This document shows positions 50,663 through 64,000 of a DNA stretch of 64,000 nucleotides, piece after piece. Every line of letters starts with the position of its first letter. The first letter of the stretch is position 1. Made by a program: the position numbers and the translations under genes. This DNA is from Catajapyx aquilonaris (Eukaryota), in NCBI GenBank assembly GCA_000934665.2, contig JYFJ02002021.1:1-64000 (forward strand), in the 5' to 3' direction. Below the pieces are notes generated by a model. It worked only from the letters and a program-made list of their open reading frames with translations. It searched no databases and was not told the DNA's origin.

Positions 50663-53600
50663 CTAGCTGGATGAGGGTCCTTCCATATGCTGCATCTCGT
50701 AGAGCACCTATCGAAAGAAATTGTTGTCAAATAATGGATGAATTTACGGTTGATGATAGGCGACTTATTTCTGAATGTCTTTTGCCGTTTGCATTATTCG
50801 AATCAACTTACCTCAAGGATGCATCCCATGCTCCACGCCTGCGTCATACAGCTTCCCCAGCACAGCTCGCCGTTTTTGTTGGTGAGCTCCGGCAGTCCTC
50901 TCCAGTTGCTCTTCTGTACCTCGCTGTAATGCCGGGACACCACTGATCGCACTGTCGTCATGCCCTCTTCTTGCTTTTCCTTGTCCTGCGCTTTAGACAT
51001 CCTGAGCTTGGCCAGAAGGAAGTAGCCCATGGGCCAGACCCACTCGGGCCCCTGGTGATAGTTGAATCCGTGGGCAGTGGAAGGGTCGTAGCCGTCGTCA
51101 CTGTTGTCGTAACGACCATTGTAGCACCAGTCGGCTGGGTCCAGTGTGCGCATACCCAGTGGACCCATGAGGAGGGACTGAGCCTTGCTCAGAGCGATCC
51201 AAGCATGGTTAGGGTCAAATATATCTGGAGCGACAGCCATTGCTACCGGGAAGTTGCATCTGTAACGAGATAAGGAAAAATTGAATGAATTTAAATCCTT
51301 GTTTCACGATTGAGGAAACCGACCTAAGCTGATAATCGGCCCATGGCTGTGACGCTCCGACAGAGTCCTTGTAAATCCCCCTCCTGTGGATCAGTTCCGA
51401 GTGATGCTCCCCTGACGATCCAGGTTCCAGGGCGATCCAGAACCACTTTTCGAAGTTTTCTTTTATGGTGTCCTCCCACTGCTTGAAGGTCCAAAACACT
51501 CTCTCTTCGTCCACCTGCCGCTCGACTCCCTCATAGGGGTAGAGCCCCTCCGAGTGCAACTTTCCGAGCCACTTGACGGCTGCGTAGCTGAGCGCCACTA
51601 TCTCTATGGCGCTCCCGTCCCGCGGGGTGGCTGGCTGTCCCTTATTCCCAGCCTTCTCACTGGAACCCATCTTGTCCATCCAGGTCCCAGCATTGTGGAT
51701 ATTTCCGCCGTACACAAATCCAGTTTTCAGATTAACCCCAATGCTGTTGTTGAATCCTTCATCATTCATGTGCGCATCGATCTGCAGTCCAGCATTGCGT
51801 TCTCGGAAGGTGACGCCAAGGAAGTGGCGCTGAACAGCCTCCTGAATTGTATCCGACAGAAGCTGGATTGAAGGGGCAGTGTCAGAGGTGACACTAGCAC
51901 TAACAGTGCTTGTATGTGATTCACTCGTACTATCTTCTTCAGGGGTATCCACTGGAAACAGGCGGAGGACCTTATCCTGACAATCGCATAGATAGAAAAT
52001 TATTAAGCACACGTAGGGCATTTCAGAGTAACGTGCTCAATGCAGTTAATAATACCTGAAGTATTTTAGCCCCATCTGGAACCATCTCCACGTAGCACTT
52101 GATGCACCACAGCCACCACCACACAGCATCCCTGCAGTTGAATCGTGCACACACTCCCCTGTCCAGCAGGTTGGGAATAAGCCCATGCCGCATTGCTCCT
52201 GCGAAACCCAGTATGATGAAGCGAGCCTCCTGGAAGCGGTCCGTCAGCAACAGCATTCCTCTGAGGGCAATAAACGTGTCCCGACCCCAGTTTCGCATGT
52301 AGCCGACCGAAAAGTGGGGTAGGCCTGCCGCCAACGTCGGGCAGGCCTCTTCCTTCTCACCCGCGTCGTTAAAGCACGTAGGCGGTGTGGGAGGGCTCAG
52401 GGTGGAGCACAACTTTGGCAGGCAGGCTGATGGCACGTAACCCGTCATTTGCACTGAGCCTAAGGCCAACATCTGGACAAACGTTGACCCCTCCCTCACA
52501 AATCTGCAAGTAGAAAGATCCGCAATAAGTACCATTTTCACATGATCTTTCCCGTAAGTACTTACTTGCTGAAGAGATCCCATGCGTGATTGATGATGGC
52601 CAGGTATATGGCACATAGTACGGCTTCGAAGTAGCAAGGTATCAGGTAGCGTGGAATTTTCTTCAGTATCTGAAGGTTTTTCTGCATCCACTGGCCTAGA
52701 CACTGTGTGCTGGTATGTTGCAGGAGTCGTCCATACGTGTACTCTGTTGTAGGGGAATGAGACGCAATCAATATAAATCGCACACAACAAGACAAGTGCG
52801 ATAGCTCACCAAGCAGCCAGTCACCATCTCGGAGGTTAGAGCACAGTGGGTGACCCAGGTCGTTGCTCAACTTGATGGTGGACATCAGTGATATGATCCC
52901 TTGAAAACCACAGTAGTTGAGAGGCCCGTAGTTCGGTATGTTGTAGACCCCCCAGCCTTTCCCGTCTTCCTTCTCCTCCTCTTCGCAGCGGTAAAGGACA
53001 CGGTTCAGGCTATTCAGGGTCAGATCTCTTATCAGACGTCGAAGCCGAAGAACATCTCCTTCCTGCAGGTCACGCGGGTTGCGATACATTTCCATTATCA
53101 TGGATCGTGATATATTCACAGCATCGTGGTGGGATGGGTTCAACCTCACCCTGCAATGTGACATGTTTTAAATTCCCATGACCATCAAGTTTTTTGGGAG
53201 ATAACTAACCTGAAAGCGATGATGCTACCAGGCTGAAAAGTGTGAAACCCAATCTGTGTGACATTTGGAGTCCCAGAATTCTCCAGCCGAACCATCTGCG
53301 ATTCTGCCAGTGGGAAGTGCTCTTTCACATCCGCTGAATAGTCCACCAGACCAGTAATGTATTCTCCGTGCTTCTCATGCTTTCCAGGGCGGATGAAGTT
53401 AGGACTCCCACCGGCTTTGGTATTATGGTGAAGCGCACGTGACTCCAAGATCACTTCCACTACCATCCCTTCAACTCGCAAGGGGGGAACATCATTACGC
53501 CAGAAATTCTCATCCGGCAGGCCAAATGCTGTATACGCCCGAAGGATCACGGACTCATGTGTAACTGGGCAATGACGGGTCACAGTTACTATGTCCCGGT

Positions 53601-56600
53601 CAACCTGCGGGTTGGATTGCAATCAGGATGACGACATCCACATCAAGCAAATGAAATGATGAGTACGAAACTAATAGAAGAACCTTACCTGGTCAACATA
53701 GACCTGCGTGAATTCAGTGGCACCCATTTCGTAGTGCAGATCATTTAGGGCCTTCTTGGCTGCAATGAACCCTGACCTGCGCCCAACCACACCAATGTCC
53801 TTCAATGGGTTGGCTTCATCACTCCACCTAGGATACAGCCGATTTTCTGTCACAATGTGTATATGATGTGGGACAATCTCATCATAACCCCTGCTGCTCC
53901 CTGAGGCACAACAGCCCATGGCTACTAAGGCAGTGCTGGGGAGAAGGTCGTACACCGAACGCTTTTCCACTGGACTAGGGTTGTCATGGGTCATGTCTAG
54001 AAACATGGCGTGGGCTATGGCAGGGGTTAGGGGGCGGAGCGGGGGCTGCAGAAAGGACCCAACAGGCTCTCCTCCATAACGGTAAACTAGGCGGCCTTGC
54101 TCATGGGAGTCCCACGCAGACAAAGCCTCTGAAAAAGTGAGAGAAGCTGGTTGTAGCTTGTGATGCTCTGTAACAGAACAGAAATATCTCACCTCTTATG
54201 AGTGAGTTGATTCCAAGCCTGTTAGCAAATACGTTGTCTGTCAAGTCCGAGTTTGTGAAAAGCTCTGCAACCACGTATAGATCAGGTCGCACAGCTCTTG
54301 CCGCATCCAGGACATACTGAAATTATGCCGCCTTATTAGAAAAGTACCCAGATTTTACAAACTGAAATAACATGAAGCAATAGCAATGAAAAGGTACCGA
54401 CCTCCGCAACGTGGATGGGGGTGGAATGGCAATTGTCCAGACGCACACCATGGAAGGTCCTAGCAGTCACCTCCGCATATTCCTTCATGTGGCTCCAGAG
54501 GAATGGGGAGTCCTCTGGCTTGTTTCCATACCTGAAACCGGGAATAATCCTCACTGAAAATGTGGCCTAGAACAACTGTACCGCACACGAAATAATTCCA
54601 ACAAAAATAGCGAAGATAATTCTCAGGTTTCTCCCTAAATTCCCGCCTCTAAAGTATATGTGCTTGCAAAACCTAACCTGAGCTTCACACTGTCATCCCA
54701 GCAGATGAGCTCCCTTCTGAGGTAGACATTTGACGTGGGCTCGGCAAAGTTCTTCAGTGGGTCATCCCCTATGACCCACCCATTGTGAGCCATCATGTGG
54801 CAGCACTTCTCTGGGGCAAACATGTTCTCCTCCTCAGTCTTGAGGTCAGTCTCTTTGCCGTAGTGCGTGAAGTACTGCGGGACCAACGGGTATTGCTGGG
54901 ACACCACCTGCAGCTTAGGGCCGTCTTCCTGCAGCCTTTCGTAGCGTATGGCAGCTATGGTATTCTCCACAGACGAATGGATGTGAGACTGGATCTCGTT
55001 GAACTTGGTGTGGTTCAACTTGTTGAGACGCTCCTCGAATATGTGGAGGGACACCTGAACCAAAAAGCAATTTAAAAACACTTCCTGTAGATAATAAATG
55101 CATGACGAGTGCTGACCTGCCTACGGTCATCCTCAGAGTGGCACTCGTGTCTGTGCACATTGTAAAGGTGGAGGGCAATGTCCATGTCGACGGTGCAGTG
55201 AAGCCTGCGATACTCTGGATCCTGAATAATTTCTAGGCTGGGGTTGTATTCAGGCTCACGGGGCTTGCGTATGTCAGGGGTGATCATCCGACTGGCAAAT
55301 TCTGCCACAAGTTTTTGCACATCCACAATGTAGAACTCCTGAATCTTCACCTGAGGCAGGAAGAAGCCATGCAAGGCTGCTCGAATGTTCTGGAAACAAA
55401 AGGGGTGACAACTTTTGAGATGATATTAGCACGAATGTGAAACCATGCGTTCAGAGCAGCAGGACCTCGGGAATGGAATAAGCAAAAAAATATTTCCTCC
55501 ATGTCATAACTAGTAAGAGAAGGAATTTGTGGGAATCATATTTTGCTTTGCAAATCAACATTTTGTATGAGACAATGTGATAGTGTTAATTAGAAGAAAA
55601 AAAATTGCAGCTACAATTGCAAATAGGGTAGTGGGAATTGAGATAAAACAACTGAAATGTGCAAACGTGCAATGTTAAAAGATTTCCAGAGCAAACCATA
55701 TTTCCTCTCTTATTTGCAATTATACGACTACCTCCCTGAAATTGACAAAAATACGGCTCAGAAATATTATTTGAAAGATTTCTTAGCATGTTTTGTCAAA
55801 AACACTGCAAAAATATACAGCGCATTACAACCTCAGAAACGTGAAGGTCTTGAAAAGCAAGAAAGCAAGTAAGTCAATGGCTTGAAATTTGAATTTTAAA
55901 TGTTCCATTGTGTACTGCTAGAAAATTTGCGTTTGAATGACATGCTTTCAATTGAGGGATCACACATGTCCTAATCTGATATTCCAATGCATCGAGGCGT
56001 TGCTATACTGTATGGCATGTACGTACTACGGGAGAATGGGGGTAGAAAGAAACCTATTCTAGCTCAAAAATAAAGATTGAACCTTGCAAGCGGCTTACAT
56101 TTAGGTGTTCCTCACAGTTGACCTCGGGAGGTATGCCTGAGGAACCCCACTTGCCCTCGGACACCTCCTTAGAGAAGTATGAGAGCACACAATCGATAAG
56201 ATAGGCAGGCCTCAGATGGGGAGAGTTGAGCATATTATAGGTGCTCTCCGGATGCTTCTTAAGCCACTCTGTTTCGTTGGCTGTGTGGTTCAGGACAATG
56301 TCGCATATGCTCAACACCTTCCACTCACTTCTCATTTTCTCTACGAGCGCCTCCACGTCAGTCATTCTCCGAACGTGCCCCTCACGACCGTAAGTGGGAC
56401 TGAGATTCAACTGGGACTTGATCGAATAGGCTGAGTTTGACTTGCCCAGCTCCTGATGAGAAGAAAAACCAGAGAAAGGAATGTTAAAAACTTCGACTAT
56501 AAAGGTTGTGAGAATGTAATAAACGTTTAAAAAGTTTAAAGCATTCAAAATTAGCTGTGCAGTATTCTAGTACGCCATCAGCAATAAATTCTGGGCACTT

Positions 56601-57704
56601 GATTTGCCCACTGCAAGTTTAATTCAAATCAGTCATTGTGAGTGTTAAATGTGATTTTCGATGATAATACTTTTTTTTTTCTGGAACCATCCAATCCTCA
56701 TTAGCGTATTGCTTAAAGGTGTACCTGAATGGGAGTAAAGTGAATGATGTTGTAGCCAGACTCCTTGGTGACCCTCAGCCTAGACTCCCATTCGTCAAAC
56801 GGGCCCAAGCATTTGGTAATGACTGTCTGACATTGGACACAGTCCAATGGCAAATGCTCTGTTGATGGGCCCACAATGAGGACGGGATCAACTAGGATGT
56901 ATCCAGAGCCTTTCTGCCCGGCATCAGCTCTGTAAGAGACAAAATGTTAATTGCAAGTACATGCGGACAACAGGTGCGCCTCTCAGGTGAAAAATCCAAG
57001 GTCACTTAATCATGAAAATAACCCTGTGCAACCAGTACTTGTCTCTGTGTTACACTTATTCTCTGTATATATAAATTCACTTTGCATTTTACATGAATGT
57101 GGATAAAACTAGCCATGGATTGTACCTACCCATTTTCATAAGTGAAGTAGTAATGAAAAGAACCGGCCATGAAAATAGGCAGGTTGGCAAAATTGGCCGT
57201 GTCATCTGCATTCTTGCATTCACTGGTCCATGGAAGTTCGTAATATGTGTTCCGCACATAAGCCTTTCCAGGGCCTAAAGGGTGGTTCACAAACACTGAC
57301 ACTTTCTTCCCAAACAGTGACGGTCCCAACCTGAACTGCACCACCCATCCTGTTGTGAATAAAAAAGAAGAATTAAATTAAACAAAAATTAAGCATACAA
57401 TAATACTTAAAAATATGTACAGAAAAAGCAGTTTACTTCTCCATGCAGGTGATTACTAGTTTATGAACATAAAATTTCACCAGGCAAGTATTATTTGACA
57501 AACTCATTACCAGTAAGTCCGGTCACATCTGACCTATAGCTACATCTTACATAGCTTTTGTTCATAGAAGCAAAGCAATCAATAAGTAAGCATCGCACCT
57601 TTTTGGACTCGAAACAAGGTGGATTCCAAATTCTCCTCATTATTCAGAATAAACACTCGCACCTGCTGCTTCCCTCCGAACACGGAACTGGCACTTGTCT
57701 GCAT
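50663..57704 (-). CDS. AGL: Glycogen debranching enzyme (4-alpha-glucanotransferase / amylo-1,6-glucosidase)
   Basis: Multi-exon. [127 protein letters not shown]. Last exon [14 protein letters not shown]. Confidence 0.96.
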
Positions 57705-59119
57705 CCCTCACACTCTAATCACAGACTGAAAAAGTAAAAAAATATATAAACTGACGCATTTGATGCTGCACACACTGAAAGCTGCTTTAGTTCTAGACGC
57801 AGTCTAACGCAAGAAGTCTAACAAATGCAATTTTCAGCGCAAAATGAAACACAATTCCATTAGCACGCAAGGAAAAAAAAAAATTTGAACATTCTTGATG
57901 ACCGCAGCAATTAAAGCCCCTGTATTATTTTGTGCGCATAAAACAATGCAATTATTGCATCACTCACTTGTCAATTCAGCGACAGTGGCACTCACTTTAT
58001 CAAAATAATGAACCTGCCGCATTCCACAAACATTATCTACACTTTAAGAACCATTAAAATACAATTCTATTAGCACATACTGATAAAATAATGTGAATCT
58101 TCATGAAGGCCACAGAAATTAAAAGCCTCTATGCCTATAAAATGATGCAATTATTGCATCACTCAGTACAATTCAGCAACAATAATGTCAAACCGAAACC
58201 CGCTGCATTCCACAAATATTACCTGCACTCTTTATGAACCAAACGAGTACTTACAATGACCATTAACCCACTCAACGAGGCAGGCTAATGATGGCCCATG
58301 CAATATACAGCGCATGTTCATTTACAATTTTTTTCTTCAAAAAAAACCTTACCGCTAATAATATTTCACCTGTCTTCCTTTCCCTTCCTAGTTCTAATCT
58401 ATTAATACCTTCTGAAGGCTGTCCTCTCCCCTTGGTATTTACGTCTCAATAGTCTCTCCAAACCCCTTCAGAATATCATGAAACAAACACGTGCATCTCA
58501 CACACACAAATGGAACGTGACACTCATTATCTTCTTTCGTAATAATAATAAAAAGATCTTGCTTCTAATTAATCTCGACCTTGAACTACAAATCGAACGA
58601 CTCGTTTCGCGCAGATCGAACACCCCCCCTTTTTCTGAGTTCTTACCTTCCAAGTGTGGGTTATCCTTCCTTCTTTTTCTTCGGCGACAATTAAATCCAC
58701 ATTTTCTGTTTGTTGTTACCGCTTTTTTTTAAAATAAGATATATAATTATACACAAATAAACCAAAAAGAGAACTTGGAAAGGTCACTCCTACAATTACT
58801 CAACCGGGCTGCGTCTCTTTACACATCACACGTTCGAATCCAACTTGGAGGAAGGAATCCAATCTAATAATCAGCCGACATGCCTATAAACAAACGTCAA
58901 ATTTACAATAAATATTAAAATATAAAACATCAAGTATGAATCAATCGATTGTTAAAATTCAGTATGACGTCATTGCAATAGTATTAGCTAAAAGCGGCTA
59001 TTAATAGCAGCTTGGCGATTCCGAACTGAATTTCGAAGACGCAGCCCCCCGGCGGATTCCAAGATGGCGAAATTTTTGAGGAATTTTTATTATTAAGATA
59101 ATTTTTATTATTATAAAAG

Positions 59120-62100
59120 ATGTCTAGTCCGCCGGTTAGTAGAGATGCGGCTCCTCCGGGGGAATCGGGTGTGGCGACGGAGCTGCATGCGTTCCTGGCA
59201 GGAGCCAATGCGGATTGGCCGAGGGGCAAAAGAGGGGCCGCCTCGGGGCCGACCACGGGCGGGAGCCAGCAGGGGCCGAGTCAGGAAGAGGCACAGAATT
59301 TGGCAAGGACCGCGCTTTACCTGTTGAGGAACATGCCGTTGTGTAAGGAAGCGGTGTTGCAGTACATGTGCGGAATATTTGATACGAGTGCACGGCAACA
59401 TGTCGCTAACCTTAAGGTGAATTTTTTTGGGAGGTTACTTGAGGTTAATTGGGGGTATTAACGTTGTGGATTTTTTATTGCAGGGTGAAGGACCGTCCAG
59501 TGATAGCTACCAGGCCCAGGAAGATATAACGATTGGGGAGATCCACACTGCGCTGTCCGGATTTATAGTGTCCAATGCGGACGCTTGGGCTCCGCTCATT
59601 TCCTCCTGGTCATTAGACTTGTTAGGGACACTGTCTAGACGATATGCGGACGAAACTGTTTTCCCGCATGACGCGGGGCTCAACGATATGTTGCAGATAT
59701 GGGTCGCTTGCCGGGCGACTCGGACTTTGATAGACATTGCGATGCACTGCTTCTCATGCGTTACCAACACGGACTCTGTGTCTGCACTACTGGATATGTC
59801 GGTGAAGCATAGCCCACATTTTGATTGGGTTGTGGCGCATATTGGAGGCTGCTTTCCAACCTTGATTATAACACGGGTGCTGCAGTGTGGGCTGGATGAT
59901 TTCCATGCGTATGAGCGATCGAATCGTGAACAGGCTCCAAAGCTAAAGTCCGTGGTTGGGATCCTGAGCTACTTGGCTGGCAGCCACTTTGGGGAAATTA
60001 GAGATGCATTTGCACACCTGTTCGTGACAACATTTGGCGAACTGAACAGCAGTGCAGCGAGTGATGGCGAGAAGATGTCTGCAGTGCCGTTCCTACTACA
60101 GATGGCATCTATGTCGCGTGTACTATGCCGTGCGCTTATGTCAGGGGTTCTGCCCACACTTGATCCTGATAAGCTTCAGGCATTGTCTCAGTGTGCCAAA
60201 GTGTGGATTGGATCTCGATACTTTGGTTCTGAACGTGCTTTGATTACCCTTCTGGTGCATTTGATCATGCAAAGTGAGGAAGGTGAATCGCATGCACTTC
60301 AGCTTCTCCTTAAATTTGCCACCGAAGATTCCCCTGTGCAGTTGGTGTGCCTGCAACTGACAGAACAGCTGCTGCAGGAGCTGTCTAGACTTGTCCACAC
60401 TTTGGGCGAGACGAGATCGTCACTATCGGATGACATACCAATACTCTCGTCACTGTCGGGAGGGCCAGCTCTAGAGTATTTGCAAGCATCACTGGTATTG
60501 GCACATCCTCACCGTACTCGGTGTTCGGCTCGGCTTTTGTCACTCCTGGCATTGTACCAAGGGCCAGCCATATTGGCATCAACCATCGCATCTGTGTTGG
60601 GACACGAATGTGATGTGTCCGTAATTTCCCAGCTCATGTGCGGCTCGGAAGCAACATACCCGAAAGCACTGCTTGATGGAGTCTCTCAGGTGGTGTGCGA
60701 CCCAAATTCGACCCCACTTTCTTGGTGGAACTTGGTGCAGCTACTGGAACAGGATGTGTCTCGAGGTGCTCATGGCGCAGTACAAGACAGCCTTGGAATT
60801 GTGGCTGACAAGATGACGAACCCTGATCTCTGCCTTCTGGTTGTCAATGCGGCAATCATGACTGGAGTTCCCGAGCGAATTGAAGTATCCCAACTAATCA
60901 AGTTGTGCCACAAGGGGGTTGGGTACTTGTTTGCCAGTTTGCAGGAGGACAATCCAGATATGAAGGTAATAATTAGGCTTGATATGCACTGAGAACAAAA
61001 TGTAACTTGTTTCTTTTCTTCAGGCAATAAGCTGCAACCAGGCTGTAACGCTTCTGGTGCAATGCAGCCAGCGTCCTCCTGGGAAGTCTGCCATCCTTCG
61101 ACTCCTACTAGAGTCTGCGGTGGGATCCACCTCTCTTGATTTGGCTCCGGACCATTCCAGCCTCTTTGGTGGCACCACCTCATCCTCAACATCACCTGAA
61201 AACATTCCTGCGTCCATTTGGCAACCATCCCTCTCTGAGTCAAATCTCCAGCATGGCTTAACCCCATCACCTGCCTTCCATGCTGGAGTAATTGGCCATG
61301 GGCTACGCCAACGTGTAAAAAAGGTGTCCTTGCCACAATCGCTAGTGGTGTCAAACATTCAGCGACTACTTGATGCCATCAATGCATGCATCGACTTGTC
61401 ACCAGAGGCTGTGACGCAAACAGCTCTCCTGTTGGTGGAGTTGGTTTCACCAGATGTAATGTTCAACGGACTTCCCTGGCCAGAAGAGGAATTTGCCAGG
61501 GTGACCATAGAGCGGGATCTGGCCATATACCATGCGTTTCAGGACCGTCCATTGCTATGGGAGCTGCTACGCATGCTGGCATCTAATCTACCTGCGCTGT
61601 GTTACTGCTCCGTGTTGTTGCGAGCAATAATGGCAACCCTTTTGTCATACTGGTCTGCGACTCAAGATGACCGGGCTTCTGATAGTCCCCTACAGATGGA
61701 CGCAACACTGCAGCTGCTCGACGTCATGTTTTTGGGACACCTCCTACCAGTACCCTTGGCGTATGTGGGTGACATACTTCCATATCTCGCCCCTCACGAA
61801 GTGGCAGCCATCTTACGGGATGTGTGGGCATACATGCGGGATAACGTACCAGCACCACCGTCCATATTTGTGCGTGATCCAAACACCGGACATTTGTGGA
61901 GGGATGTGGCGTCTGTCCCGCTGGACAGGCAGTATGTGACCAGGCTCAGGCTCATTTTCCTGGCTAACATGGACAGGCTAGGGGAGTTTTACTCGCACCT
62001 TTTCCCTACTGGACTGGATGAGTCTGATTCTGACTGTGTGCCTTATTGTGAGATAGGGTCTGACTCGGAGGGAGATTTAGAAATAATCTCAGAGGCTTGA
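59120..62100 (+). CDS. INTS5: Integrator complex subunit 5
   Basis: Exons 59120-59416, 59484-60965, 61024-62100. AWAPLISSWSLDLLG, SALLDMSVKHSPHFDWVVAHIGGCFP, FHAGVIGHG, ELVSPDVMFNGLPWPEEEFARVTIERDL, PALCYCSVLLRA. Confidence 0.93.
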
Positions 62101-64000
62101 GTGGTGTTGGGTTCTGAACTGTTGTGAGTAAAAGAAAGGTGCATAGGGAACCGTATCCAAGTAACTGGCTAGGGTTACGTCCTTGCCTCATTGCGCCACC
62201 TAACCGCACAATCTTTACCCTAACGACGCATCCCCATTGCGCCTTCCTTTAAATCTGGAATGAACAGATCTGAAATGTTTTCTGTTTTTGTTTTTTTGGA
62301 ACTTGCTGCTGCATTGTGACATGATGGACGAAATTCCCCGACAATAAGCTGTGTGTTATGCCCATCTGCAATTCACCAAGGAGTAATAGGCACTCGCTCA
62401 GCATTTCGGGATTGTACCAGTTTGGGATGTCCAATCTGTCACGACTAACAGATCACAATTTGGAATCATTGATTAACCAGAATGTGAGTCCTGTAAGCCA
62501 GTGATTTCTTATTGTGTACAACACCTTCATATGGTGGATTTGTAATGCAAAGTAAAGATGTTGTACAGACCATGTGTTGTAATTGTAATTGAATTTCTTG
62601 TCAGTCAGCTGAGACAATATTGCCTTCCTCAGTCTCTTGGTCCCTCCTTTGCCGAACTCTGCGTGTATCCGATGAGATTCTGCCAATGCTACTACATTTT
62701 TTTGGGCCAATCTTAAAGTTGGTGGGGTGTTGCGAATGCTGAGGTCCAAATGTTACAGAGTGAAAAAAGACAAAAAAATGCAAAAAGATTGAAAACTACA
62801 TGACACAGTACGTATACTACACCTTATACCAAAACCTTTTCCAGCAAAATGCGGCATAAAATGAAAAGGGGTAAAACGAGACAAAATAACGGAAGTAAAT
62901 GAGATAGGTTCCAAGATTTCAAAAAATTTCCCACATACAGTGCTTAAATTGCAGTTTAATAATGCCGACTATTTCAAACATTTGTAATTACGTTTAATGG
63001 TTCAGGTTCCAGGTGAAGCGTCATCTGGTTCTGAGGCCTCTTTTCCCTTCTTTTGGCGAGAACTGCAGTAGACTTAGGGTATTTAACAGACTTAGGAGGG
63101 TTCCGATGAGACCAACAATGCGGTACTGTATTTATCGATAGAACCTGCCACAAGGCACCACGAAAGACAAAAAATAGCATTATTTTATGTTCCTGTGTTT
63201 GGCCTCAAAAGGGTTGAAGTGTTGTGCTTATGTTCAGATTGTGCTGTTATCGTCATATTTTTCAATATAAAAAGTTTATAATCTCTTTTTCAAACCGGCG
63301 TTAACGTAAAACGGCGTAAAATGGAGCAGTGTATCATGGGTTGACAAATCATTGCATAACACGGTCCATGCACACCATTCATGAGTTCACTTTTCGGTCA
63401 TTTTAGGCAGAAGAATGAAGATTTCGCCACCTTGATTTTAACTGAATGAAGTACTGGTACGTACTATCCTTTGGGTGTATGTTCCTGGGCATAACTCCAA
63501 TTTTGACATTTTTGTGGGTTGACCCATTATTGCATACCACTGTCCAATTATCCCTCCGCTTTCAATAACTTATTCTGTGCACGTTGACTGACACCAAGTT
63601 CAACATATGTACAGTACCAGACACCACACACGGGTTTGCTGCTATAAATAAATAAATAAATAACATATTTTGAGAATCTATACGTATGTAAGGCGAAATA
63701 AAAATATTTTTGTTTCCCTCCGGCAACATAATTTTTCTTGGTGATTACCATAGAAACAGGCCGTGCGAAGAACGGGTTCCACTGCTAGTTAGTAATTATA
63801 AAAATAATGAGGGGCTGTTTATAATAAGCCGAGAGCAGCGTGGGATTTTTACTGTTCCGTTGTGACACTGTCAAAGTTAAAAAAATTATATCATAATCTC
63901 ATGGTGCATAATAATCCGGTCAAAACATTCCCGCTCCTTGTTCGCCTGTAGTTCCGGAAGTTGCGGTTCTTTATTGTTCTTCATGGCGTGGTGTGCTTCT

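Noticed and set aside
1..64000. tRNA, rRNA, snRNA/snoRNA genes and U12-type introns
   Set aside because: None recognisable by eye. The donors examined were GT or GC of U2 type. A tRNAscan-SE or Infernal run would be needed to exclude small RNAs.

Overview
Gene-dense eukaryotic genomic DNA with many short introns. It is probably from an arthropod, judging by a clockwork orange gene and DRE/YY1-type promoter motifs; the species cannot be determined. There is no prokaryotic or CRISPR content. Fourteen spliced or single-exon protein-coding genes could be reconstructed by hand: CTH (partial, +), MYSM1-like (-), POLE4-like (+), DNAJC14 (-), CHERP (+), cwo (+), FBXO39-like (-), bora (+), INTS1 (-), ISOC-family (+), PCYOX1 (-), BBIP1 (+), LMBRD2 (+), AGL (-), plus INTS5 (+) as a fifteenth. 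They are arranged mostly as alternating head-to-head and tail-to-tail pairs. Introns and intergenic DNA hold several MITEs, a hAT-like element with an 8-bp TSD, and minisatellites. The most striking observation is an apparent bicistronic locus: an intronless BBIP1 ORF ends only 18 nt, in frame, before the LMBRD2 start codon, with weak-then-strong AUG contexts typical of leaky scanning. A similar arrangement (stop, 18 nt in frame, ATG) appears as a spliced uORF in DNAJC14. Other points of note are a CTH with Ala at the specificity Glu, a SANT-less MYSM1, three GC-AG introns, a palindromic bidirectional poly(A) signal, and a tandem array of splice-acceptor-like units. Gene identities come from recognised motifs, not database searches.
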